Counted from the first letter of the stretch, positions 30,227 through 40,170 are shown. The stretch: 64,000 bases of DNA from Bacteroidales bacterium (GCA_009877105.1 WXFD01000024.1:8811-72810), one strand, 5' to 3'. The notes: generated by a model from the sequence alone, not told the origin. Translations and numbers: made by a program.

Positions 30227-31684
30227 ATGAAGTCGGCTGATCTGGTTTTTTCATTTCAGAGAGCGGTAATCATGTGCAACGGAAAGCTCCTTGCAGGCGA
30301 TCTGAGCTTTGATGTGCACCGCGGTGAAAGCTGGTGGGTTTGCGGGGCCAACGGAACTGGAAAAACCACCTTACTCGAGATCATTGCCGGGAAGCAGCGG
30401 CTGGCCGGGGGTGAAATGATCCTGCCGGAAAATGTTACCGTTTCGGAATTCTATTCATCGGTTGCCATTGTCAGGAGGGACTTTTCATTGTATCAATGGT
30501 TTACCGGTTCGGCCAGTTTTTACCAGCAACGCTATTTTTCCCCGGGAGTTGAAGAGACTCCCGGGGTTTTGGACTTGATTCATGAGAAAACAGGGTTTTC
30601 AAAAGAAGATATTTGTTCAGCCGCTCATGAATTTGGTTTTGGTTCGCTGCTTGACAGACGCATTGTTTCATTGTCGACAGGAGAAGGACGGAGAATCTTG
30701 CTGTTAATGTTATGGCTGAGCGGCAAAAAGGTTATTTGCATCGATGATCCTTACGAAGGCCTGGATCCTGAAGGTAAGCAACTTGTTACGGATACCCTTC
30801 ATTCCCTGGTTAAAAAGAAGGCAGCTGTCCTGGTAACTGGTACAGATACCAGTCCGCCAGACTTTGTAAGTCACGTTTTATATCTCCGGAATCAGCGGGT
30901 TGGATATGCGGGGGAGGCGGAGCTTTTTAATTTGCGGAACGCTGATTCTCCGCAGCCTTATAAGCCGCCCGGACTGAAAAGATATGTTCCTGACAATTTC
31001 AATCGTGCGTTTATGACAATGGCTGAAATGAAAAATATTACCATCAGGTATGGCAGCAACATTGTCCAGGAAAATTTCTCATGGAGAATCAGAAGGGGTG
31101 AAAAATGGTTGCTTTCAGGCCCCAACGGATCGGGAAAAACTACGCTGATGAGTCTTATCTATGCTGATAATCCCATGGCTTATGCCTATGATCTCGTTCT
31201 TTTTGACAGAAAGAGGGGAACGGGGGAAACCATATGGGAAATTAAGGAACCCATTGGATACTTCTCATCGGAACTCCAGAATTTTTTTCCGCGTCATCTG
31301 ACGCTTCATGAATCAGTTTTAACCGGATACAGCAACCATCTTCTGGTTAGGAATGATCTTACACCGGAACATTACCGGCAAGCCGACGGATTGATTGAGG
31401 CAGCCGGTTTGTCGGCTTTGAGGATGGTGCCTATGTATCGCCTTTCATTCAGTCAGTGCCGTCTTGCACTGGTTTGCCGGGCGCTGGTAAAACTTCCCCC
31501 TGTGGTTATCCTCGATGAACCCTGCCAGGGTCTTGACCGGACTGCGGCACAGACTGTCAACTGCCTGGTGGACAATGTTTGCAGCGGAGAACTCAACACC
31601 CTGATCTATGTAACCCACAGAATTGAATTTGTTCCCGGAATAATCAATAAGCATTTGCGCCTTGTTAAATACAGTCAGGAATAA
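30227..31684 (+). CDS. Duplicated ABC ATPase, ModF-like
   Basis: Two Walker A motifs (GANGTGKT, GPNGSGKT); LSTGE; GTGETIWEIK; LDEPCQGLD. Confidence 0.82.
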   Translation: MKSADLVFSFQRAVIMCNGKLLAGDLSFDVHRGESWWVCGANGTGKTTLLEIIAGKQRLAGGEMILPENVTVSEFYSSVAIVRRDFSLYQWFTGSASFYQQRYFSPGVEETPGVLDLIHEKTGFSKEDICSAAHEFGFGSLLDRRIVSLSTGEGRRILLLMLWLSGKKVICIDDPYEGLDPEGKQLVTDTLHSLVKKKAAVLVTGTDTSPPDFVSHVLYLRNQRVGYAGEAELFNLRNADSPQPYKPPGLKRYVPDNFNRAFMTMAEMKNITIRYGSNIVQENFSWRIRRGEKWLLSGPNGSGKTTLMSLIYADNPMAYAYDLVLFDRKRGTGETIWEIKEPIGYFSSELQNFFPRHLTLHESVLTGYSNHLLVRNDLTPEHYRQADGLIEAAGLSALRMVPMYRLSFSQCRLALVCRALVKLPPVVILDEPCQGLDRTAAQTVNCLVDNVCSGELNTLIYVTHRIEFVPGIINKHLRLVKYSQE

Positions 31685-31757
31685 GTTAATCATTTCTCAT
31701 CGGAACGTTTGGCCGTTACGTTTTCTATCACTGCAAATACCGGCCGGGCCCTGAAGC

Positions 31758-31777
31758 ACTGTTAATTAATTAACAGT
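31758..31777. repeat. Perfect 20-bp palindrome ACTGTTAATTAATTAACAGT between convergent genes
   Basis: Equals its own reverse complement. Confidence 0.85.
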
Positions 31778-31802
31778 ATGCGGATTGTTTTGATTCCTGG
31801 CT

Positions 31803-32369
31803 TCAGGGCAATTTGCTGAGTTTGTTAATTGCGCTTATCCGGGGCTGGGCGGGAGGTATCACTTCGGGATATCCGAGAGCCAGGATCCCTGCGATTTTTC
31901 CCTCTTCCGGGATCCCGAATAATGACCGGGCCTGAGGTGTGCTTCCGAATGAGAGCCATACGCCGGCTATCTGTTTTTCCCATGCAGCAAGGAGAATGTT
32001 CTGGATAGCAGCTGCAGCCGACATCGGAAAGTCATATCTGTCGAGATCGGTAAGTGCGGGAGCACAGGTTACTGCCAGTATAACCGGTGCATCGCCGAAG
32101 TTCATGGAGAAATTGCGGATAACCTGCTTGCGCTCTTCAGGTAAGTCGGGATTAAGCAACGGCCCTGACTCCATGGCCTTCCTGTATGCCACTGCCAGTT
32201 TGCCACGCGTTTCCGGGCCTGCAAGGATGAATTCCCATGGCTGATTGTTCCCATGCGATGGCGCCCAGGTACCGGCTTCAAGAATATCCAGCAACGTTTC
32301 GTCTGATATAGCTTTGGAGTTGAATCTGCGCACTGTCCTCCTGTTAAGGATTGCTTCTTTAAGTTCCAT
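31803..32369 (-). CDS. Nitroreductase family protein
   Basis: RRTVRRF, APSHGNNQPW, AIQNILLAA and ALGYP. Confidence 0.92.
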   Translation of the reverse strand: MELKEAILNRRTVRRFNSKAISDETLLDILEAGTWAPSHGNNQPWEFILAGPETRGKLAVAYRKAMESGPLLNPDLPEERKQVIRNFSMNFGDAPVILAVTCAPALTDLDRYDFPMSAAAAIQNILLAAWEKQIAGVWLSFGSTPQARSLFGIPEEGKIAGILALGYPEVIPPAQPRISAINKLSKLP

Positions 32370-32455
32370 TGTTTCCTTTGAAATTATTTGATTGGTTATA
32401 TCGGGATCATTGATCTTGTCGGGAAAAACCGATGCCTCTTTTCATTTTGCAAGGT

Positions 32456-32836
32456 CTATAGGGTCTGGGTAATCGTATCGGGCTGTATTTCGAACATGGC
32501 CCTGGCCCATGGAAACCTTTGCTTCAATTCGTTGTATTCATCGCCTTCCGAGATAAAAGCCAGTGTACCGTGGATGAGGAATCCTGTCCCCTTGGAATGG
32601 AATCCCTGAACCTCCCTGCTTCCGAGGGTCATTACGATCTTATTGTTTTTTCGGACAATAGCTTCTGTAGTTCTCATGCCGCCGGCCGGACCGATAATTT
32701 TTCCGCCGGTGGTAACCTTCAGGTAACTGTTCCATGTATTTACCATATGGATGCCGTTATCGTCAAGCATTGCAATGGCTACAACCCCCTCATGCTTCAG
32801 TACCTCCAGCAGCTTCTCAGGTATCAGGGTTTTCAT
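32456..32836 (-). CDS. Split-barrel FMN-binding protein (PNPOx-like)
   Basis: EGVVAI, HMVNTWNSY, TLGSREV, GTGF and terminal QTL, as in the Desulfovibrio FMN-binding protein. Confidence 0.88.
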   Translation of the reverse strand: MKTLIPEKLLEVLKHEGVVAIAMLDDNGIHMVNTWNSYLKVTTGGKIIGPAGGMRTTEAIVRKNNKIVMTLGSREVQGFHSKGTGFLIHGTLAFISEGDEYNELKQRFPWARAMFEIQPDTITQTL

Positions 32837-33039
32837 GTATGAAGTATGTGTGAAAAATTAAAAATACAATGAATTTTATGTCACATTATTCCTGAAGTTG
32901 TTTTTATCATAAACTTGCTGCGACATGAGAGCTCCCGCAATATTGGATTTCGTTTTTATTAATTGACCATTACTGCTGTTTTCCTGTTTTTAATCAAATG
33001 ATTTTATGTATGTTTATATCAAACTAACCTTATACTGAA

Positions 33040-35406
33040 ATGAAAAAACCGTTCCAGAAACATGCAACAAGTCTTTTCATGGCTTTGATATTGATGCTCT
33101 TTGGTTTTCCGGCTGTTTCCCAGTTAAATGAAGCTTCCCCCGGAGCAGCGCCGTATAAAAATCCTTCAGTGCCTGTCATGCTGAGGGTGGAGGATCTTCT
33201 TTCCCGCATGACACTCGCGGAGAAGATCGGGCAGTTAAATATGCCTTGTGTATATGAATCTGCTCTGGGAAATGATATTGAATCCCGGACCGTTAACTGT
33301 AAAACGCTTGCTGAGGGTACTTTTCAGGACTATCTCGGTCCCATAGGAGGTTTTTTCACCCTGGCGAACACGATATTGCATGAAGGCACACTTCAGCAGG
33401 CAAATTTCTTCAATGAGCTTCAGAAGATAGCGGTTGAAAAAACACGGCTTGGCATTCCGCTCCTGCAGACAGAAGAGGGAACACACGGGCTGATGTGTTC
33501 GGGAGGAACCATCTTTCCTGAGGGACTGGCAATTGGCAGTACCTGGAACATGGATCTGGTCAGCAGGATGTATACGGTAGCAGCCTGTGAGGCAAGGTCT
33601 GTGGGGATTCACCAGTTGTTCACCCTGGTTGTTGAACCCAACAGGGATCCAAGGCTTGGCCGGAATCAGGAAGGATTCAGTGAAGATCCGTTTTTCTGTT
33701 CACGTATGGCCGAGACAATAGTCAATGCAGTGCAGGGAACAGATGTAAGCGCAAATGACAAGGTCGTGGCCGGCCTGTGTCATTATCCGGGCCAGAGTCA
33801 GCCAAACAGCGGAATGGAAAGAGGAGCGATGGAGATTTCGGAAAGGCAGTTGCGGGAAGTTTTTCTTCCTCCATGGATCGCCGGGGTAAAAAAAGCCGGA
33901 GCTCTTGGAGTGATGGCCACTTACCCGGCAGTTGACGGGATCCCGACCCATGCATCTGAATTCCTGCTGACAAAGATACTCAGAAATGAGCTAGGGTTTA
34001 AAGGATTGGTACTGAGCGAAGGAGGCGGACTTAACACACTGTTGTACACGGGTGTTGCCGAGAACGATCAGCAGGCCGGTGAACTAGCGCTCAGGGCGGG
34101 ACTTGACGTTGGAATTTCATTCGAAGACGGTTATCTTAAACCGCTGATCGACGCCGTTAAGGAAGGGAGAGTGTCAATGGAGCTGATTGACAGATCTGTA
34201 AGACGGGTACTTGAACTTAAGTTCAGGCTTGGGTTATTCGACAAACCTTATGTTGATCCTCAAAGGGCTTTGGATGTTACCCATACCAAAGAAAGCCGTG
34301 AACTTGCCCTTGATGCTGCCCGGGAAGGAATTGTTCTCCTGAAGAATGAGAAAAACCTTCTGCCTGTCAGAAAGAATATCAGGAAAGTAGCGGTCATCGG
34401 ACCCAATGCCGACAATGAAAGAAATCAGCTTGGTGATTACGCGGCACATGTTATTCTCCAGGAGATAACAACGGTACTAGACGGAATAAGATCAATGGTG
34501 TCTCCCGGAACTGTTGTCGAGTATGTAAAAGGATGTGATGTTACCGGTAATAAAGTGAATGAACTGGCACGGGCCCGCAGAGCTGCCTCCGGTGCCGACC
34601 TGGCTGTTGTTGTTCTGGGAGAAAATGAATGGCAGGCCCCTGACAAGACCGGTACCTCAGGGGAGGGATATGATGTGGCCAGCCTCGATCTGACAGGGCT
34701 GCAGGAAGATCTTCTGAGAGCCGTGCACTCATCCGGAACTCCGGTTGTACTGGTACTCATTAACGGCAGGCCGCTTTCCGTCCGCTGGGCAGCGGAAAAC
34801 ATCCCGGCCATTATTGAGGCCTGGATCCCCGGTGAAGCGGGTGGGACAGCTGTTGCAGAGATCATTTTCGGCGACTGCAATCCCAGCGGTAAACTGGCGG
34901 TCACCATACCCAGGCATGTCGGGCAGATACCCTTCTATTACAATTATATGCCCGAAAAGCTTTACTGGATGGAAAAAGGATGGGGAAAAGCCTATGCCGA
35001 CATGCCTGCAACACCATTATGGGAATTCGGATTTGGATTGAGCTATACTACATTCATGTACAGCAACCTGAAAATTAACCCTGAAGTTACCGGGATCTTT
35101 GGTGAAGTGAAAGTGAGCCTGGATGTGGAAAACACCGGCAAGAGGGCGGGCAGGGAAACGGTGCAGCTGTATGTCAGGGACAGGCATGCATCTGTTACAG
35201 TACCTGTGAAGGAACTGAAGGGATTCGAGAAGATAAGCCTTGCACCGGGTGAAAAAAAGACAGTTGAATTCAGGCTTACCCATGATGACCTGGCTTTGTA
35301 TAACAGGAACATGGAGTTTGTTACCGAACCCGGAATATTCGAGGTCATGGCTGGCAGCTCCTCAGCCGATATCAGACTGAAAGGAAAGTTTGAGCTGAAA
35401 AACTAG
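33040..35406 (+). CDS. Secreted GH3 glycoside hydrolase (BglX/xylosidase-like architecture) with atypical active-site motifs
   Basis: RVEDLLSRMTLAEKIGQL, EEGTHG, RDPRLGR, IVLLKN, NPSGKL, FGFGLSYT; C-terminal Fn3-like ELKGFEKI. Confidence 0.9.
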   Translation: MKKPFQKHATSLFMALILMLFGFPAVSQLNEASPGAAPYKNPSVPVMLRVEDLLSRMTLAEKIGQLNMPCVYESALGNDIESRTVNCKTLAEGTFQDYLGPIGGFFTLANTILHEGTLQQANFFNELQKIAVEKTRLGIPLLQTEEGTHGLMCSGGTIFPEGLAIGSTWNMDLVSRMYTVAACEARSVGIHQLFTLVVEPNRDPRLGRNQEGFSEDPFFCSRMAETIVNAVQGTDVSANDKVVAGLCHYPGQSQPNSGMERGAMEISERQLREVFLPPWIAGVKKAGALGVMATYPAVDGIPTHASEFLLTKILRNELGFKGLVLSEGGGLNTLLYTGVAENDQQAGELALRAGLDVGISFEDGYLKPLIDAVKEGRVSMELIDRSVRRVLELKFRLGLFDKPYVDPQRALDVTHTKESRELALDAAREGIVLLKNEKNLLPVRKNIRKVAVIGPNADNERNQLGDYAAHVILQEITTVLDGIRSMVSPGTVVEYVKGCDVTGNKVNELARARRAASGADLAVVVLGENEWQAPDKTGTSGEGYDVASLDLTGLQEDLLRAVHSSGTPVVLVLINGRPLSVRWAAENIPAIIEAWIPGEAGGTAVAEIIFGDCNPSGKLAVTIPRHVGQIPFYYNYMPEKLYWMEKGWGKAYADMPATPLWEFGFGLSYTTFMYSNLKINPEVTGIFGEVKVSLDVENTGKRAGRETVQLYVRDRHASVTVPVKELKGFEKISLAPGEKKTVEFRLTHDDLALYNRNMEFVTEPGIFEVMAGSSSADIRLKGKFELKN

Positions 35407-35437
35407 GTAATCATCGGGAATGAGGAATACTGCATAT

Positions 35438-37186
35438 TCATTCTGCTGAATAGCTGTTTCCCTGTATTTTTACTGACTTTACCAGGGCTTTACCCGAAAT
35501 GAAACTGTAATTTGTTCCCATGTGTTCAAGGGTGACATCACTGCCATTGATCTCCAGTGTAATCTGATTGCTTCCGTCCCTGTGAACAATGAGATCTGCA
35601 AGCAGAAGAGCTTTTTCAATGCCGTCGCCCCTCTGGAAATTCCAGACTTCATCGGGAAGGGCAAGCCTTTTTTCATCATATATTGATTCATTTTCAAGAT
35701 CCATGAGAATCCCGTAAACCTCATTCAAGTCCTTCTCCTCAAGATCCTTGAAACATACCGGGTTTCTTTCAATGGCTGCCTTGATGAACGGTACCCAGTC
35801 AATCATGTCCATCTGCCGGTAAACATAAAGCGAAAGCAGCGCTGTTTCCGAAATGCCTGCCATATCATTGATCTTTTTTAAGATGCTTTCGCGTGTGTCA
35901 TCAATTCCAATCTCTGGTTCGAGGCTTTTTCTGAATGACTTGGCCGGATCGGGCAGCCTCGGATCGGTAACAATAAAAACCCTGAGGTCTGAAAACATTT
36001 CGTCAAGCAGCGAACTGGGCACTGAGCCGGCCAGCTTCTCAAATTCCTTAATGAATTCATCAATGCTTATGCTCTTGTTCTCCTGGAAGATTTTTTCCAC
36101 ATTGTTCAGGAGAATTTTTCCGTTTATGGGACTCAGATGAAATTCATCGCCTTCTATCTCATTTACAAGCTGCTCACGTGTTTCTTTTGTTAAATTGTGT
36201 TTGCTTGTGTGTTCATATTCGAACATCTTTTCAAGACTTATGTATAAGTGCTTCCCTGAACAGTCGCAATAATACTGGAAAAGAGATTTGTACCTGGGCT
36301 TGAACCGAAGGAAATTAATGAATATTGTGTCAGTCAGCTCAGTGCGAAGGAAACTTTTAAGTTTTGTGCTGAAAGTTTCGTAATCTTTTCTGCTTATTGT
36401 CGCCTCATTGTAAATAATGTGAATGAATCCTGTTATATGGGTGACCATTGTGATTTTTTCATTTTCCAGGGCACGTCTGGCTTTCTGTGACAATGAGGTC
36501 CCGTTAAACCACATGTTCTTTGTAACAATTCTCCTGTTGTTTGTGATAAGCCCTTCCTTTTCAGTGACGAAATTCTGAGAATGCAGGGGAGTTGCTATAA
36601 GGAATATTTTTTCCAGCGGGATCCTGCCGACAATAAACAATGCTGCCGCATAAAGCGACGATAGTGAAACACATTCCCCCGCTCCGGTGGTAAACCCGTC
36701 CTTGTACCTGAATGCGGTCATTGCTTCCACCGTTTCGGTCTTCCAGTACGGAATTACTTCCGAATCATATTTATCCAGCCCGAAGTGCTTCCTGATATCA
36801 ATATCGAAATAATACTTATCCCCCTCGTATCCGAATAGTGCATTTGATTGTTTCATGATCTCAAGGTCAAAGAAATCACTGAACCGGGACATTTCCCTGG
36901 TTTTTGTAGTGAGTCCCCAGGTTGACAGATCGAGATTGAAAACATAATTGTCAATAATAAACTGTTTTATCCGGTTCACCTTGTAATTGAAACTTTTTGA
37001 TTCAATATTGCTGAACCATGGATCATCCCTCCATTTCCAGATAACCGGCGACATGATATTGGCGATTACAAGCGGAAAAAAGAGTTCCGGAAAAATAAAA
37101 ATCTCCATATCGGAGAGTGTAAATGCCGAAGAATATTTTTCAAGCTTTTTAATTTCTGTAACGGATGGATTATTATCAGGCACCAT
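35438..37186 (-). CDS. Hypothetical protein with two transglutaminase-like motifs
   Basis: 582-aa ORF with no signal peptide; GAGECVSL...PLHSQNF...ITNN and a second PDEVWNFQRGDGIEKA motif. Confidence 0.7.
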   Translation of the reverse strand: MVPDNNPSVTEIKKLEKYSSAFTLSDMEIFIFPELFFPLVIANIMSPVIWKWRDDPWFSNIESKSFNYKVNRIKQFIIDNYVFNLDLSTWGLTTKTREMSRFSDFFDLEIMKQSNALFGYEGDKYYFDIDIRKHFGLDKYDSEVIPYWKTETVEAMTAFRYKDGFTTGAGECVSLSSLYAAALFIVGRIPLEKIFLIATPLHSQNFVTEKEGLITNNRRIVTKNMWFNGTSLSQKARRALENEKITMVTHITGFIHIIYNEATISRKDYETFSTKLKSFLRTELTDTIFINFLRFKPRYKSLFQYYCDCSGKHLYISLEKMFEYEHTSKHNLTKETREQLVNEIEGDEFHLSPINGKILLNNVEKIFQENKSISIDEFIKEFEKLAGSVPSSLLDEMFSDLRVFIVTDPRLPDPAKSFRKSLEPEIGIDDTRESILKKINDMAGISETALLSLYVYRQMDMIDWVPFIKAAIERNPVCFKDLEEKDLNEVYGILMDLENESIYDEKRLALPDEVWNFQRGDGIEKALLLADLIVHRDGSNQITLEINGSDVTLEHMGTNYSFISGKALVKSVKIQGNSYSAE

Positions 37187-37295
37187 AATAAAATGATCAA
37201 ATCAGGAATCTTGACATTAAAATAACAATCGTTTTCCCGGAATGTTTTGGAAAAATATATGAACGGAAGTACAGGACAGAACGGAGCCCGTGAAT

Positions 37296-37718
37296 TTAAA
37301 GGCATCTTTCGGCTTCCGAAAAGAAGAAGTTGGATTCACGGAGGGCATTTTCATCACTGTCTGAGCCATGAACTGCATTCATCTGCACTGAGGATGCAAA
37401 TCTTTTCCTGACGGTTCCCGGCTCAGCTTTTGCCGGATCTGTTGCTCCGATCAGCTTCCTGAATTTATCAACCGCATTTTCCTGCCTGAGTATCATGACA
37501 ATCACAGGTCCGCTTATCATGAATTCCACAAGATCGTTATAAAATGGCCTGTCCTTATGTATGGCATAGAAGCTCTTGGCCTGCTCCCTGGTCATCCTCA
37601 GAAGCTTAAGTGCAACTATTTCAAAGCCTGCTTCATGAATCATTGCCAGGATCGGGCCCGTGTTTCCGCTGCCGAATGCATCGGGTTTAATTATTGAGAA
37701 TGTGATTTCGCCGTTCAT
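37296..37718 (-). CDS. ndk: Nucleoside diphosphate kinase
   Basis: TFSIIKPDA, FMISGP and NAVHGSDS. Confidence 0.97.
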   Translation of the reverse strand: MNGEITFSIIKPDAFGSGNTGPILAMIHEAGFEIVALKLLRMTREQAKSFYAIHKDRPFYNDLVEFMISGPVIVMILRQENAVDKFRKLIGATDPAKAEPGTVRKRFASSVQMNAVHGSDSDENALRESNFFFSEAERCL

Positions 37719-37767
37719 TGCTGTTATTTATAGAGTCTTTCAAGTCAACTGTCATAAGGAAATTTCC

Positions 37768-37775
37768 TATCTTTG
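37768..37775 (+). promoter_or_regulatory. -7 promoter element (TATCTTTG) for nrnA-FKBP
   Basis: Exact TAnnTTTG, 16 nt before the ATG. Confidence 0.65.
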
Positions 37776-37791
37776 ACAACTTGTCAAAAAA

Positions 37792-38829
37792 ATGGAAAAA
37801 GTGATTGATCCGGCCAAATATACAAAAGAATTATCGAAACTGATTGCATCGTCTGACAACATACTTATTATCTGCCACATTAATCCTGACGGAGATGCAA
37901 TTGGCTCACAGCTTGCATTGTTCCACTATCTTACATCAAAAGGCAGGCATGTTGACATGATCTCTCCAAATAATCTTCAGGAGTTTCTGAAATGGATGCC
38001 GGGAGCTGACCAGATAAGGATATTCATAAGACAGAGAGCTGAATGTATAGCCCTGATCAAACAGGCCGATCTGATTATTATGACTGATTTCAGCCATCCG
38101 GGCAGGCTGGGTGAGGCAGAAAAATACGTCATCAGCTCAGGGGCAAAAAAGGTAATTATTGACCATCATCTTGATCCGGCTGATTTTACTGATCTCACGA
38201 TATCTGACCCATCCAAATGTGCTACGACCGAACTGGTTTATGAACTGATTACCCTGATGGACGGGGTACCATATACGGATAATAAATTTTCCGAATGCAT
38301 TTATGTCGGGATCATTTCCGACACGGGAAATTTTGATCATGGTGCATTGACGGGCAGGACCTTCAGGATCGTTGCTGACCTTCTGGATAACGGCATCAAC
38401 AGGGAGAAGATGATTAATGTTGTTTTCAACAATTATTCGGCTGACCGTATGCGCCTCATGGGACTTGCGCTGAATAAGCGCATGGTGATCATTCCCGAAT
38501 TAAAGACGGCATATATCTACCTTACCCGTCGTGATCTGACCGACTTCAATCATGTCAAGGGCGATACTGAAGGATTTGTGAATCTTCCTCTTTCAATCAG
38601 GGATATAGTATTCTCTGTTCTTTTCATTGAAAAGGAAAATCACGTGAAAATTTCCTTCCGCTCAAAAGGGAATTTCCCGGTAAATAAATTTGCTTCAGAG
38701 TATTTCTCCGGCGGCGGACACATGAATGCCTCCGGCGGAGAATATTACGAGAATCTTGATAATACTATCGCTTATTTCCTCCGTATCCTGAACGACAATG
38801 CCGCCCTGATAAAAAATGCAACCGTTTAA
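37792..38829 (+). CDS. nrnA: DHH/DHHA1 phosphoesterase (bifunctional oligoribonuclease/pAp phosphatase)
   Basis: HINPDGDAIGS, IDHH, DTGNF, SFRS and GGGHMNASG. Confidence 0.9.
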   Translation: MEKVIDPAKYTKELSKLIASSDNILIICHINPDGDAIGSQLALFHYLTSKGRHVDMISPNNLQEFLKWMPGADQIRIFIRQRAECIALIKQADLIIMTDFSHPGRLGEAEKYVISSGAKKVIIDHHLDPADFTDLTISDPSKCATTELVYELITLMDGVPYTDNKFSECIYVGIISDTGNFDHGALTGRTFRIVADLLDNGINREKMINVVFNNYSADRMRLMGLALNKRMVIIPELKTAYIYLTRRDLTDFNHVKGDTEGFVNLPLSIRDIVFSVLFIEKENHVKISFRSKGNFPVNKFASEYFSGGGHMNASGGEYYENLDNTIAYFLRILNDNAALIKNATV

Positions 38830-39349
38830 ATATTACCGGATCTGTATCTTCACTTTTTTTCTGTCAGTCCTGCTCATCTCCTGCAGGGGCAGGAACGAGG
38901 CAGAAAGAGTTGTGAGCGGGCCGGGAAAGAACGACATGACGGAACTGAACCGTTATTTCGTCCAGAAAGACAGGGAAATTATTGAAAATTACATTGAAAG
39001 GAAAGGCCTCGGTATGCAGGAATCCCCTACGGGTCTCTGGTATTTTTTAAGAAAGGAGGGAAGGGGAAATCTGATATCTGACAATAAAAAGGTAAGGATC
39101 GCATACGAATGTTCCCTCCTGGATGGTACAAAATGTTATTCATCAGATGATTCGGGGCCGAAAGAGATTGTCCTTGGGAAAACCGGCATCGAGCAGGGAC
39201 TTTATGAAGGTCTTAAAATGCTGAGGCCTGGGGCAGAAGCCATATTTATTATCCCTCCGTTTCTTGGTCACGGACTGATAGGGGATGGGCGGAAAATCCC
39301 ACCGCGCGCCGTAATTGTTTATGAAGTTAAGGTGCTTTCAGTTGAATAG
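38816..39349 (+). CDS. FKBP-type peptidyl-prolyl isomerase lipoprotein (GldI-like)
   Basis: LISC lipobox; SPTGLWY, LLDG, GLYEGL and IPPFLGHG...IPP. Confidence 0.85.
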   Translation: MQPFKYYRICIFTFFLSVLLISCRGRNEAERVVSGPGKNDMTELNRYFVQKDREIIENYIERKGLGMQESPTGLWYFLRKEGRGNLISDNKKVRIAYECSLLDGTKCYSSDDSGPKEIVLGKTGIEQGLYEGLKMLRPGAEAIFIIPPFLGHGLIGDGRKIPPRAVIVYEVKVLSVE

Positions 39350-39471
39350 ATGTGTATTTTATTCATTTGTAGCCTGAAATAGTTTCCGGCAGCTGCAGCT
39401 CGACACTCTGGTCTGTTAATGATTTCACACTGCCGGAGGACCATTGAATCGATAAATCAGGACCGGAACTT

Positions 39472-40170
39472 TTACTGAAGAATAAAGATAGAGGGATGAT
39501 TCTTAATGTCCGGAATATTTTTCCTCCATTCACCGATAGTCTTTGTTTTTATGCTTTCCGAATGCAGGGATATATCGCTTGCAATACAAAGCTTCCTGTC
39601 AGAGCTGCAAACATCCAGCAGGGATTCCAGGATTTTCTGGTTTCTGTAAGGTGTCTCCATGAAGATTTGGGCCTGACCGCTGCGTGATTTTGTTTCAAGT
39701 TCACGGATTTTTGCGATCCTTTCTTTATCCCTGACCGGCAAATAACCGTGAAACGCAAAATTCTGCCCATTCAGTCCCGACGCCATTAAAGCCATGGTGA
39801 TGCTTGATGGGCCTGAAAGGGGAATTACCCTTATCTTTTTCTGATGAGCCAGTGATACCACCCGGGCCCCGGGATCAGCTATTCCCGGCATACCAGCCTC
39901 ACTCATGAGCCCGGCATCCCTGCCGTCAATGACAGGATCGAGGCACCGGATAATATCCGGTTCGGGTGTGTGCTCATTAAGTTCGACGAACAATGTATCG
40001 CCGATCGGGAATTCAGTGTCGATCAGCCTCAGAAATCTTCTGGCGGTCCTGACGTTCTCAACAATGAAAACCCTAAGGGATCTGGTAATTCCGATTACTT
40101 TGTCAGGTATGAGTAACCTGTAATCATCACTTCCCAGAGTGACCGGGATCATATATATTTTTCCTGGCAC
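39472..40170 (-). CDS. Tetrapyrrole-methylase-fold SAM methyltransferase (RsmI-like)
   Basis: SEAGMPGIADPG, GPSS, FHGYLP and FMETPYRN; GTG start. Confidence 0.88.
   Translation of the reverse strand: MPGKIYMIPVTLGSDDYRLLIPDKVIGITRSLRVFIVENVRTARRFLRLIDTEFPIGDTLFVELNEHTPEPDIIRCLDPVIDGRDAGLMSEAGMPGIADPGARVVSLAHQKKIRVIPLSGPSSITMALMASGLNGQNFAFHGYLPVRDKERIAKIRELETKSRSGQAQIFMETPYRNQKILESLLDVCSSDRKLCIASDISLHSESIKTKTIGEWRKNIPDIKNHPSIFILQ

Noticed and set aside
39385-39437. 8-bp inverted repeat TCCGGCAG/CTGCCGGA between convergent genes
   Set aside because: CCGG-containing words are very common in this sequence, so it may be chance or an ordinary terminator
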